Shown here in pieces: positions 46,762 through 56,551 of a stretch of DNA of 64,000 bases. A program made the translations under genes and the position numbers. Below the pieces are notes generated by a model, which saw only the letters and a program-made list of their open reading frames with translations, did no database searches and was not told where the DNA came from. The first letter of the stretch is position 1. Each line of letters starts with the position of its first letter. The DNA is from a virus. Taxonomy: Duplodnaviria; Heunggongvirae; Uroviricota; Caudoviricetes. Where the stretch lies: the IMG/VR virus record IMGVR_UViG_2703718815_000003, one strand, 5' to 3'.

Positions 46762-47790
46762 TTACAGAGAGTCCAGCTCTCTCAGTAGGTCATCCAGACC
46801 TTCATCTTCCGTCGCAGATGCGGTTGCTACAGATGTCGCTGCGACTGCTTCAGACTCTTTGACTGATACGGCAACGGCAGCGGAACTTGCCTCTGGTTTA
46901 AATTCAGTTTCAACGGCACGGAGGATTTCTTCATCAACCAGACTGGTTGGTTCAGAAGCCGGTGTGTGCGCGGTTGCTACAGCCGTCGCTCCTTCTGTAT
47001 GACCAGTGACAGAGCCAAATCCAGGTAGTGCCGCAGCCGATGTTTTCGCGGTTGAGGAAATTGCTGGTGCAGATGCTGCGGCAGTTGGTGCAGCGATGCC
47101 AATCAGACGACCCATAGTGCGAACTGTCGACAGAAGACGAGTTTCATCAGCCTGATTTGCGTATGCGATCAGATCATGCTGGGTGTTCCAGAATTTATCT
47201 TCGATATCGCCTTTGTAGACTTTACGCTTAGGCGAGACGTCATATTTGGTATCGCGACCAGAGCCAGTACGTTTAATCAGGAATGCGTAGCCTTCCTCTT
47301 TGCTCAGTGGATTGCCGATATCATCAGCGATGTCTTCGGTGATTGCTTTGCAGATATCATCGAATACAGTAGACGGCAGCTCGATTAATTGGCATTTCTC
47401 AGCATCTGCGAAATCCTCACGAGCTGAAAGAATGCCGTTGACCAGGTAGCGAGGAGTGGCACGCATTTGACCGATGCGTTCTTCCATTGCTTTGTTACCC
47501 TTGTGACGAGCGCGACCTTCCATCACCATTTCGCATAGCTGACAAGCGCGACCGTGAGTATGTTGCTCACAAATATAAGCGTTGGTTGCTTCTTTACCGT
47601 CCTCGTTCTGATACTTAACGTAGTGCATACCGAAAGTCTGGAAGAACTTACCGTTTGGGTCGTCCTTATTCGGGAAGATACGGATATAGTTGACGCCATC
47701 TTTTAAGCGAGTCAGATCAACGTTGTTACCACGTTTGGCGGCAATGTCTTCACGAGTTTTGTTAAGCAAATCAAGTAATGTCTTAGACAT
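46762..47790 (-). CDS. gp32-like single-stranded DNA-binding protein, tentative
   Basis: 342 aa; IRIFPNKDDP...YICEQHTHGRACQLC resembles T4 gp32 Zn-binding core; Ala/Ser-rich linker and acidic tail. Confidence 0.55.
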   Translation of the reverse strand: MSKTLLDLLNKTREDIAAKRGNNVDLTRLKDGVNYIRIFPNKDDPNGKFFQTFGMHYVKYQNEDGKEATNAYICEQHTHGRACQLCEMVMEGRARHKGNKAMEERIGQMRATPRYLVNGILSAREDFADAEKCQLIELPSTVFDDICKAITEDIADDIGNPLSKEEGYAFLIKRTGSGRDTKYDVSPKRKVYKGDIEDKFWNTQHDLIAYANQADETRLLSTVRTMGRLIGIAAPTAAASAPAISSTAKTSAAALPGFGSVTGHTEGATAVATAHTPASEPTSLVDEEILRAVETEFKPEASSAAVAVSVKESEAVAATSVATASATEDEGLDDLLRELDSL

Positions 47791-47881
47791 GTGTTTCTCC
47801 TTGTTGTGATTTGGCCGATGGCGCTATGCGCGTTGGGCTTTCGTTCATTCGTGGCTCTTTCGAGCTGTTCAATGATAGATC

Positions 47882-47902
47882 AGTACTTACTTATTATCTA
47901 TC
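47882..47902. promoter_or_regulatory. class II palindromic motif
   Basis: agtacttacttattatctatc. Confidence 0.4.
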
Positions 47903-47907
47903 AAAAA

Positions 47908-48339
47908 TCAACGGGGAGTAATAAAGCGTTCGGAGCCTAATCGCTCCAATTCAACAATGGCCATCTTCGACGCCTGAACGATCATGTCTCGGCGATGCGA
48001 AAAGGCGGCGACAGCATGTTTGTATATGTCTGCGATGTGCCGTGCTTCATCCAACTTCTGCCGTTTAGACAGATACTGTGGGTTTGTTTTAACCTTAGCG
48101 TCCAGTACAGATTCGTTGAACTTAATGCCGTTCATACTCAAGTTCTTACGCTCTGTGTCGTATAGCTTTGCTTCAACAGCTTCAAGGTTAAGTTTTGCCT
48201 CTGCGACACTTCTTTCTGCATGAGCGAGTTTTGAGCCATATTCCATCAACAGGCGGGGTTGTCTACGCCAGACTTCTTCCAGATTGTCTCGGTCAAACTC
48301 GAGATCAGACATTATTTTCTCGTAAATATCGGTGATCAT
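47908..48339 (-). CDS. hypothetical protein (143 aa); possible UvsY-like recombination mediator
   Basis: Track ORF; helical; weak pattern similarity to T4 UvsY and synteny with SSB/RecA. Confidence 0.3.
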   Translation of the reverse strand: MITDIYEKIMSDLEFDRDNLEEVWRRQPRLLMEYGSKLAHAERSVAEAKLNLEAVEAKLYDTERKNLSMNGIKFNESVLDAKVKTNPQYLSKRQKLDEARHIADIYKHAVAAFSHRRDMIVQASKMAIVELERLGSERFITPR

Positions 48340-48464
48340 GTGCTTTCCTTTTTACTTATCATCTTATATTGATTATATCATTGTGATGATAAGGCAAGGA
48401 GTTCGAGGATAGGGGATATGAGGGGATAAGAGAAAACATGGCCATAGAGGCCATGTTTATTGGA

Positions 48465-51400
48465 TCACGACTTAATAGTTTCTGCTACGTCGGCTAATAT
48501 CGCTTCTAGTCGTTCTCCCTCTTCAGGTCTGAAGTAAAGAATGTTGGGGTTAAACCCGTAAAAGACTGTAACGTCAAGGTCTGGAAGATACTCCTTCCTA
48601 CCGACTAAATCGGATGGCTTGTTTTTGTTGTTAAACAATGCCGTTGCCCGACTGCCACACGTCAGCACATAGGTCGGACGTACCAGATTGATCTCTTCAC
48701 GCATAAAGTCGGTGAACTGGCCGATCTCGTCTTTGGTGTAGTCCTTTTCTTTGTCTTTCACCTTTTTGCAAACGCCTGTGACATAGAGATCGCCCATGCG
48801 CAAATCTCCAGCCGTCAACAGCTTGGCCTTAAAATCGTCGTATCCGTTCTCCATGAAGTAACCGGTTCGAGCATCATTGCCGTTTGCATTGTCCAGAATG
48901 ATCATGATTTTCGGCTTAATACCAATGCTGGGGCGGATTAGTTCATCACCTAAGCCCATTTCAGCCGCCATCCGTGTCATGAGTGCGTTAATTTCAGCCG
49001 ATCGTTTGGGGTTCATCTCAAACGGACGTGAGGCTTTAACTGCGTCTATGACAAGGTTTCCCATCAATTCTGCCTGGTCGCGGAGACGCTCTGGATCAGT
49101 TGCTGGCAGACTGCCAGGCTCGATGGCTGCAAATGCCCCTACTTTTTGCAGCGATTCGCGAACTCGACTATTACAGGCACGTTTCTCGACAGCTTCTTCG
49201 AATTGCGCAAGTGACTCGAATTTGCCGCCAACCTTTTCTCGCGCTCTCATGATGGCCTGGCAGCCATTCTCAGAACACCCCTTCACAGCAGAGAAGGGCG
49301 CATACAGCACCTGGCTGCCATCTTCAAGCGTGCGGATCTCGATTCGGTTTGATGACACGTTAACGTCTGGTGGCAATACGCGAATACCATAGGTCAGCGC
49401 ATCTTTAACCAGCCCCTGGTGTTTATCTTCGCCAAGAATAGTGAGAGCAGCAGCGAAAAACTCTGCGGGGTAATGAGTTTTCAACCACATAGATTGATAA
49501 CTGATTAAGGAGTAAGCAACAGAGTGTGATTTGTTGAACTGGTAGGCACCATTTTTTTCGAATGCGGTCCAGATCTCCTTCGCTTTCATCTCTGATAGCC
49601 CTGGATGTGACGCTGTAACACGTACTGCGTTTATAGGTAGTGTTGCTCCGTGCTCAAGTGCCTCTTCGACAGTTTTCAGAGTTCCGTCTTCGCATTTAAA
49701 ATGTTCCGCACGGTGAATGCGCTGCGTAGTGCCATCTTCCAGTTCAACGTCTATCCAGCCAGCTTGAGCCTGAACGATGAACTTCTCGCCCATGCTCTTC
49801 ATTTTTTCCATGTCCTTTTTGCCGATCGCTTTACGAACACCGTCAGCTTCAGCCATTGTGAAGCCAGCAAGCAATCGAGTCGCGTTCATCGTCTGTTCCT
49901 GATAGAGAATCACGCCATTTGTTTCTGCGGTAAGTTCATCAAGAACGGGGTGTAATGATTCCGGCGTCATAAAGCCTTTGGCGACAGAAACATAATCATC
50001 CAACATGCCTGACTGAATTGGTCCCGGCCGGAAGAGCGCAGTCGTAGCAACAACCGTTTTAAAGCTCATTGGCTCAATTCCACCACCTAAATCTTTAAGC
50101 AGCTTGCGCATTGGGCCTGATTCAAGCTGGAAAACACCTTGAGTGTACCCAGCAGCAAAACCATCCAGCACCTTGCGATCTTCAAGAGAAATGGCATCAA
50201 GATTGATATCTTCACCTGTGTTCTCTTTTATGTAGCGTTTTGCACTATCGAGCAAATCGAGAGTTGCCAGACCGAGTACGTCCAGCTTAATTAGGCCCAT
50301 AGCCTCGCAGTAACGCTTGTCAAATGCGATACAACGCGCGTCACCACGGCGTTCAACCGGTGTACGTTCTGTCAGAGGAACACCTGCTACGATCATCCCT
50401 GCCGCATGTCTACCAAAGCCACGCATAAGGCTTTGTAACTTGCAGGCTGCATTGAATGCATCAGGATATTTTGTTGCGTATTTGTCGAGACTTGCCAGTT
50501 GTTCGCGCAGTTCTTCCAATGGAAGGCTATCATCCTCGACGTTCTTCAGTTCTTTTGATACCGCCATATCTGCGGACTCCACACCATAAATACGAGCGGT
50601 GTCACGTAGTGCAGAGGCTGCGCCCAGATATGTGAAGTTCGGAATACCCGCAACGTAATCTTCGCCGTAGCGTTCATTCAGATACTCGATCACTTCATGG
50701 CGACGTGCCTGGCTGAAGTCCAAATCCGCATCCGGCAAGTCGAGACGCTCAGGGTTGATGAAACGTTCAAACAGAAGACCGTGACGGATTGGGTCGACGT
50801 TGGTTATGCCTATGCACCATGCCACCAAAGAGCCAGCAGAGGAACCACGACCAGGCCCAACGGGAATGCCAGTTTCACGACTATGATTCATCAGATCGCG
50901 CACCATCAGGAAGTAACCACAGAATCCCAGGCGAGTCAGCGTGTCCATTTCGTACTTTAGCCGCTCAACATAAACCCTGTTCTCAGAAGCCGGTGGTGTG
51001 TAGCCAAACTCTTTTGTGGTAAGACGTTTACGCAGCCCAGCAACGGCCAGTTTCATCAGAGTTGCAGGCTCGTCGTCTGCCATCTTTGGCAGTGCTGGTG
51101 GCAATTCATGCCAGCGCCATGTGCAGGCATCGATAATGGTATCCTGCGTTGTTGAGGCCATTGCAGCTGTTACCGGCACATCCATGCGAACGGAGAAGGC
51201 TTTAAGCGCCTCAAGGAGATGGCGGCGACCATTGACGGCGTTATCTCGCTGGTGGGGGATACGCAGACGATGCGGCTGGTCGATTTTGATGTTGTTCGTA
51301 ACCATGTGCGCAATGTCTTTAATGTCTGCATCGTCGATCGATTCGTAATAAGCGGGATAGAACGCCACTGGCTCTATTTTCAATGCGCTGGCGACTTTCA

Positions 51401-51983
51401 TCGCCCGGACGTTAATCTGGTCGTAGAATGGGGTAGGATGCGGATAAACCACACTATAGAAGTTGTCTTTTCCACCCGCTGTAATCAGTGTGCTTATAAT
51501 TTTTGCAAAATCGTTGCGTTGGAACACGCTACCGATGTCGGAAGTAAGCAGGATGATGTTGCCTTTGGCATATGTAGAAACCAACTGTTCGAGCGAGAGA
51601 CGCGGTACAAAGTAGAACTGTTCTCGTGTGTTGGCCGCCGTCATTAGTTCGCAGATGTCGCGATATCCTTGCTCATTTTTAATTAGAGCGGTAAACGAGT
51701 AGTTACGTCCCCGCTCTAATGATTCCATACATCTCATAGATTCTTTAGCAAGTTTAGCCCGGTGCTCGTATGTGGGATCATCAACAATGTTTAGTTTCAC
51801 ACCACAAATAACCGCCATGTCGTCACCAGCGGCACGTTGTAGTGGAATAACACTTGCAATATTCATGCTATCTGCTGAAATTACAGCGGTGTAGCCAGCT
51901 TCTCTGGCAATCTTCACCGCGTTTTCTGCTTTTAGAGCCGACTCCCCAAGTGAGAAGTCAGTTCGAACCATCAGTGCCTTCAT
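48465..51983 (-). CDS. dnaE: DnaE-type DNA polymerase III alpha subunit
   Basis: 1172 aa; N-terminal PHP domain; GFCGYFLMV...GPGRGSSAGSLVAW...LLFERFINPER and ILYQEQ...YQFNKSHS cores; about 60-aa insertion before YQFNKSHS. Confidence 0.9.
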   Translation of the reverse strand: MKALMVRTDFSLGESALKAENAVKIAREAGYTAVISADSMNIASVIPLQRAAGDDMAVICGVKLNIVDDPTYEHRAKLAKESMRCMESLERGRNYSFTALIKNEQGYRDICELMTAANTREQFYFVPRLSLEQLVSTYAKGNIILLTSDIGSVFQRNDFAKIISTLITAGGKDNFYSVVYPHPTPFYDQINVRAMKVASALKIEPVAFYPAYYESIDDADIKDIAHMVTNNIKIDQPHRLRIPHQRDNAVNGRRHLLEALKAFSVRMDVPVTAAMASTTQDTIIDACTWRWHELPPALPKMADDEPATLMKLAVAGLRKRLTTKEFGYTPPASENRVYVERLKYEMDTLTRLGFCGYFLMVRDLMNHSRETGIPVGPGRGSSAGSLVAWCIGITNVDPIRHGLLFERFINPERLDLPDADLDFSQARRHEVIEYLNERYGEDYVAGIPNFTYLGAASALRDTARIYGVESADMAVSKELKNVEDDSLPLEELREQLASLDKYATKYPDAFNAACKLQSLMRGFGRHAAGMIVAGVPLTERTPVERRGDARCIAFDKRYCEAMGLIKLDVLGLATLDLLDSAKRYIKENTGEDINLDAISLEDRKVLDGFAAGYTQGVFQLESGPMRKLLKDLGGGIEPMSFKTVVATTALFRPGPIQSGMLDDYVSVAKGFMTPESLHPVLDELTAETNGVILYQEQTMNATRLLAGFTMAEADGVRKAIGKKDMEKMKSMGEKFIVQAQAGWIDVELEDGTTQRIHRAEHFKCEDGTLKTVEEALEHGATLPINAVRVTASHPGLSEMKAKEIWTAFEKNGAYQFNKSHSVAYSLISYQSMWLKTHYPAEFFAAALTILGEDKHQGLVKDALTYGIRVLPPDVNVSSNRIEIRTLEDGSQVLYAPFSAVKGCSENGCQAIMRAREKVGGKFESLAQFEEAVEKRACNSRVRESLQKVGAFAAIEPGSLPATDPERLRDQAELMGNLVIDAVKASRPFEMNPKRSAEINALMTRMAAEMGLGDELIRPSIGIKPKIMIILDNANGNDARTGYFMENGYDDFKAKLLTAGDLRMGDLYVTGVCKKVKDKEKDYTKDEIGQFTDFMREEINLVRPTYVLTCGSRATALFNNKNKPSDLVGRKEYLPDLDVTVFYGFNPNILYFRPEEGERLEAILADVAETIKS

Positions 51984-52161
51984 GTGTTTTTACCTTTCTG
52001 GTTTTTTTGATTTTGTCATTGGGGAAGCCTACGAACTTCCCATACATCGAAATCGCAACTTCTTTTGCTGATTGGTGACAATCGGGCTTGTCTGGACACC
52101 CCAGACAAGTCTTGCCAGTTTCAGAAGCAGCGATAAGAGAGCCGAAACATCCTTTACGCAC
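51958..52161 (-). CDS. possible small Cys-rich protein (67 aa)
   Basis: Track ORF with non-ATG start; KTCLGCPDKPDC; 3' end overlaps dnaE start. Confidence 0.25.
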   Translation of the reverse strand: MRKGCFGSLIAASETGKTCLGCPDKPDCHQSAKEVAISMYGKFVGFPNDKIKKTRKVKTHEGTDGSN

Positions 52162-52163
52162 GA

Positions 52164-53399
52164 TTAACCAAATATTTTTTGAACAACTTCACGAGCCGCT
52201 TGCGCAGAAGCTGAAGGGAGTTTGTTAATGAAAGAACGCTCAATACCTGTCACAAAGTCGCCTCGCATCATTCCAATCTTGGCCGACAACAAAAGCTCAC
52301 GAGGCCCAATTGGCTGGCTGATAAGGTGTTCTTCATATCCATCGCGAACGATACCGGCAAACTTAACCATCTTTTCAGCGTATTCATCCACGATGCCGGC
52401 ATTTATCAACATGTTGATCTCTGCCTCTTTGCTCATGTATTTCACATTCGAAACGATGCCAAAACGTGAAAAGTTCGCGGCGTTCTGGATGTTTGTACCC
52501 TGGTACAAGCCGGTTTCATCACCAGAACCGTTTGTGTTGCCAGTGCCAATGAAAGCAAACCGTTCATGCGGAGTAATGCGACGCCATTCTGGAGTCGCCT
52601 CTTTGATGACCAACGCTTCACCTTCCAGCACTGGCTGATACACGCCAAGAATCTGTGGAAACGCAAAGTCGTATTCATCCGCGAGGTAAACCCAGCCATG
52701 CTTCATTGCGAGCGCAAGCAAGCCAGGCTCGAAATACGTAGAGCCATCACGCGCCAGAATTTGTCCCGTAACATGAGCCTCTTCCATTGATGCTGTATGT
52801 TGGGCACGGATTAACGGACGATTGAGCAAAGCACATAGTTGTGTAGGCAATGAAGATTTGCCTGTTCCTGCATGACCCCACAAATAGCCAGGTATGCCAA
52901 GTTCAAGCATCATGAAAATGTCTTTGATCAGTTCGAAGTCGCCATATACGTATCCCTTCTTCACTTCTGGAACGAACTCTGGAAACGGCGTATTGACGTT
53001 GACGCTAACCATGAGCGGCGTCCCACGTTTTGTTCCGAGTTCTTTCACCGTTACATTTAGCAGTTCGTGAGCTGCGACCAGATCTGTCTTGTACTCAACT
53101 GTGCCTGTGTAGCCTGGGCTACTGGTCACGCCAGATGATTTGGCCATTTCGCTTTTTTGCTCGGCACGTTTAGCTTGAATTGCATCAAGTGCCTTTTTCG
53201 ATAGCGTTGGCTCATCTGGAAACTGTGTTGTGTACATTTTCAGTACGGTGTCAGGATCGGCATCTTTTACTGACTCAGGAATGCCCTCGCAATTACCATT
53301 GGCTACATGGGACTTAAAATAGTGAAATGATTTTCCGCACCACTTGCAAACAAGGTAATCAGAAGGATTTTTTTCATTTTGCAGTGCAGTAGTAGTCAT
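52164..53399 (-). CDS. AAA+ ATPase, CobS/MoxR-like
   Basis: 411 aa; Walker A GHAGTGKSS; Walker B-like VYLADEYD; N-terminal CKWCGKSFHY Zn-finger-like. Confidence 0.6.
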   Translation of the reverse strand: MTTTALQNEKNPSDYLVCKWCGKSFHYFKSHVANGNCEGIPESVKDADPDTVLKMYTTQFPDEPTLSKKALDAIQAKRAEQKSEMAKSSGVTSSPGYTGTVEYKTDLVAAHELLNVTVKELGTKRGTPLMVSVNVNTPFPEFVPEVKKGYVYGDFELIKDIFMMLELGIPGYLWGHAGTGKSSLPTQLCALLNRPLIRAQHTASMEEAHVTGQILARDGSTYFEPGLLALAMKHGWVYLADEYDFAFPQILGVYQPVLEGEALVIKEATPEWRRITPHERFAFIGTGNTNGSGDETGLYQGTNIQNAANFSRFGIVSNVKYMSKEAEINMLINAGIVDEYAEKMVKFAGIVRDGYEEHLISQPIGPRELLLSAKIGMMRGDFVTGIERSFINKLPSASAQAAREVVQKIFG

Positions 53400-53455
53400 G
53401 CGTTTTTCCTTTGTTTTCTAATGAGCGTTCAACTTCTTATATAAATATATCATTA

Positions 53456-53479
53456 TCTATCGTAAGTGGTTACTTATCG
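53456..53479. promoter_or_regulatory. class II palindromic motif
   Basis: ctatcgtaagtggttacttatcg. Confidence 0.45.
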
Positions 53480-53494
53480 TTAAGGCTGTTTTGT

Positions 53495-55603
53495 TCACTT
53501 TAAAATGATACGAGATAGTTCAGTAACTACAGATGAACCAAGACTATCAACGCTCGTTACCAGGGCATGATTTGAGTAAAATCTCTCCGGTGCATCAGTC
53601 ATGATGCCAATTGCCATCAAATCAATGTCAGTCTGCGTTTCAATTTGCTTCGCAACTGAACGCAAATGAGCGTCAAAACCTCTCCCAACAGCCCACGGCG
53701 CGCCATCACTCAGAACAAGCATGATCTTCCTGTCCTCCAAGCGACCGGAAAATAACGATGCAAGGCTGGCTATGCTTTCACCATCCACGTTATTAAGAAG
53801 TGGGAATGTGTAGCCTACGCACCCCATACGTGAGCGAACTTCGCGAGAATTTGCTTTTTCATTCCAATTTTTGATGATAGGTAGCATTAAAGATTCAAAG
53901 CGAGAGAACTCATATTTGATAGCCTTAAGTTCTCCTGCTGCCATATGACTGCCAAATGTAGTGAAGCCGGTGATAATGTTGGGAACATTTATTCGATCAA
54001 GTGCATCGGCGATGGTATATGCACTTGCAAGAGCTAGTTTTATCGTTTCGCCACTCATTGAACCCGATAAATCAATCACTTGTTGAACACAGGCGTTAAC
54101 GGCTTTAGATTCTTCTTTTTTACGAAACACGCGATCATCATTCATTGTTAATCTGTAGATACTTGAACCATGAATGCGCCCCCGACGCTGGCCAGGTATA
54201 AACTGAACTCTGTTTCTGCTTGCTATTGCACGTTCCAGGTCTTTTGCCAGCGTCGACGAAACACCTGACGAAAGGTGCTTTTCAATATATTTGTCGAAGA
54301 GTTGGTTGCCTTCAGGAACGATGCGATAACGGCTGATTGGATATCCACCTAAATCAATATCGGAGAATGTTTTAATAAGCCGTTTGATATGGGCTTCTGC
54401 CTGATCAATCGAGCCGATGAAGTCGTATGAGCGATTGTATGGCCTGTATTCGCTTTTCGAGCTTTCTGTTAACTCGCTTTTAATCGTTTCGGATAGCGCA
54501 TCTTCTGTCATGCCTCCGACTTCATCTTCCATGCTATCCAACTCCTCTAAAGCCTCTTCCAGACTCATTTTTGACGGAGTTGGAATGTCTGAAGAGCCGT
54601 CTTCTGTCGTTTTTCTTTTTTCGTGGTCAGCGGTTAATGATTCTGACGCCGCGTTATCAGAAGCATCAGAATCTGATACCGCTTTATCATTTTCTGTATC
54701 ATCGAATATTGTTTCTGATGATTCAGGATTATCTGAATCATCACTGTCGTTATTATCATTTTTGTGCTTACTATGTGACTCTGATTTAATAGATTTGTGA
54801 TTATCTAACGATGAGGGTGTCTCATGATCTTCGTTGTCTTCATTGTTTTCTCCAGAGGCATCCGTCTGGTCAGCGTCTGAAGGATCGGAAGTTTTTCCCG
54901 GAGCTGACTCCTTACCTTTGCTTTCACTTTCAGTGTCTTTGAGGATCTTAGCTATGGTCGCAGCCACCTTTACACAATCCTCGGTGCAAGACATGTTACG
55001 CACGGCCACATCGATACCATGTTCTTTTAATAATGAAATTGGTTTCTCAATGACAGGCCAATATTCATCCATGAAATCTACGAACGGTGCTTGGCCATCC
55101 CAGGCTCTTACAACCGGACAGAGAAAGAAGTTTAGAACAAGCGCGCGCTGATCTTTGCCACAATAAGCAATAGCCTCTGAAGCCTTTGGTTTAAAGACTT
55201 TTTCGATTATAAGGCGCTGAGTTGCCATCAGATTACGTCCTGTTCCGTTAAAGACCTGACCCATTTTTCGCTCGATGAACACGTCTTCTAAGGCATTCCA
55301 TAGCGACCAGGAAGGAACGCGTCCTTTTTCTCTCATTTTGTTGGACACACGAATATCGGTAAACAAAATGTGAGCAACCTCATGATCGAGAAATCCGCGC
55401 ACAGCATTCATCAATGCCGGTGTTGCGTTATCCGGGATTGATGGGATGTTTACGAGAATTGGCTCTCCATCATCGTTATAGCGTACATAAGCGTCGTCCC
55501 CTCGTTCTGCAACAGGGATGTTTTTACCTGAAAGGAGAGCGACTACTCGTTTTACACTGTCACGGAAGTCCTGAACCTCTTTGATGGAACGTTTTTTAGA
55601 CAT
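53495..55603 (-). CDS. VWA-domain protein, CobT-like, with long acidic S/D/E-rich linker
   Basis: 702 aa; C-terminal MIDAS DLSGSMSG; about 150-aa acidic low-complexity middle region. Confidence 0.65.
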   Translation of the reverse strand: MSKKRSIKEVQDFRDSVKRVVALLSGKNIPVAERGDDAYVRYNDDGEPILVNIPSIPDNATPALMNAVRGFLDHEVAHILFTDIRVSNKMREKGRVPSWSLWNALEDVFIERKMGQVFNGTGRNLMATQRLIIEKVFKPKASEAIAYCGKDQRALVLNFFLCPVVRAWDGQAPFVDFMDEYWPVIEKPISLLKEHGIDVAVRNMSCTEDCVKVAATIAKILKDTESESKGKESAPGKTSDPSDADQTDASGENNEDNEDHETPSSLDNHKSIKSESHSKHKNDNNDSDDSDNPESSETIFDDTENDKAVSDSDASDNAASESLTADHEKRKTTEDGSSDIPTPSKMSLEEALEELDSMEDEVGGMTEDALSETIKSELTESSKSEYRPYNRSYDFIGSIDQAEAHIKRLIKTFSDIDLGGYPISRYRIVPEGNQLFDKYIEKHLSSGVSSTLAKDLERAIASRNRVQFIPGQRRGRIHGSSIYRLTMNDDRVFRKKEESKAVNACVQQVIDLSGSMSGETIKLALASAYTIADALDRINVPNIITGFTTFGSHMAAGELKAIKYEFSRFESLMLPIIKNWNEKANSREVRSRMGCVGYTFPLLNNVDGESIASLASLFSGRLEDRKIMLVLSDGAPWAVGRGFDAHLRSVAKQIETQTDIDLMAIGIMTDAPERFYSNHALVTSVDSLGSSVVTELSRIILK

Positions 55604-55620
55604 GGCTAATCCTTTGTTAT

Positions 55621-55638
55621 GAAAACAAATTATTTACT
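55621..55638 (-). promoter_or_regulatory. class I palindromic motif
   Basis: gaaaacaaattatttact. Confidence 0.45.
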
Positions 55639-55701
55639 AGTGTGTTTAATGTAGCACTGCGCGAACAGGGAACTAAGCCATTCGCGCAGGGAGAAGAGGG
55701 G

Positions 55702-55914
55702 TTAACAGATTCTGACGGCTAAAGACCCGGAGCCGGTATTGAGAAGCGTGAAGCGTTTGTTGTTAAGTTCGAATATAAATCCAGTTGTGTCATTCACACC
55801 AACCTGAATCTGCTCATTCGGTAGATCGGTGAGGATGTCAGCTACACACTCATCAGCTAATTTCTGTACGTGTCCGATCTCAAGAGCGATTAGGCTGGAA
55901 ATAGTGGTGTTCAT
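55702..55914 (-). CDS. hypothetical protein (70 aa)
   Basis: Track ORF. Confidence 0.4.
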   Translation of the reverse strand: MNTTISSLIALEIGHVQKLADECVADILTDLPNEQIQVGVNDTTGFIFELNNKRFTLLNTGSGSLAVRIC

Positions 55915-56119
55915 TCAATCAATCCATTCTAACTTATACTATGGTAAGGAATACTACTAAAATTTGTATCAATACTGAATACATTCATATCATATGCAAG
56001 TTGATTTTCTTACCTGTTTTGGGCTAATTTTTCTCCGTGCAATGGCCTTTAAACGGTCTTTTAAGTGCCTATCGAAAAAATGATAATAGCTTTACAACCC
56101 TAACCTTTGATGTAATATC

Positions 56120-56133
56120 GGTAAGCACTTACC
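56120..56133. promoter_or_regulatory. class II palindromic motif upstream of HTH gene
   Basis: ggtaagcacttacc about 30 nt upstream of 56165 start. Confidence 0.45.
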
Positions 56134-56164
56134 AGAGAGAATTGAACGCGCAAAGGTTGTAACC

Positions 56165-56551
56165 ATGTCTGATAACAAGATTGAATTTATAGAAAGTCGC
56201 TACGCTGCTTTTATCGCAGGGTTGATTGAATCCTCACCTATGAGCCAGGCCCAGATAGCCAAAACAATTGGGTATAAAAACGCCAACAACCTTTCTTTAA
56301 TTAAAAGCGGCAAAATTCCTTTGCCTATCGATAAGGTTCGTCCGCTGGCGCTGGCACTGGGCATTGAGCCAAGTCGTCTTATGATGATGGTGCTGGAAGA
56401 ACGCCAACCCGAACTCGCAGCATTTTTATACAAAGAAGGCACTGCTCCTCTTAACGAGGACGAAAAACAGGTTCTTGCTGCATATAACGAGCGATTCGGT
56501 AAAGAGAAAGGCGCATCACAAAAGGTTGTTGAGGCCATAAAGTCTCTATGA
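56165..56551 (+). CDS. HTH (XRE-type) DNA-binding regulator
   Basis: 128 aa; MSQAQIAKTIGYKNANNLSLIKSGK helix-turn-helix; one of few plus-strand genes. Confidence 0.6.
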   Translation: MSDNKIEFIESRYAAFIAGLIESSPMSQAQIAKTIGYKNANNLSLIKSGKIPLPIDKVRPLALALGIEPSRLMMMVLEERQPELAAFLYKEGTAPLNEDEKQVLAAYNERFGKEKGASQKVVEAIKSL

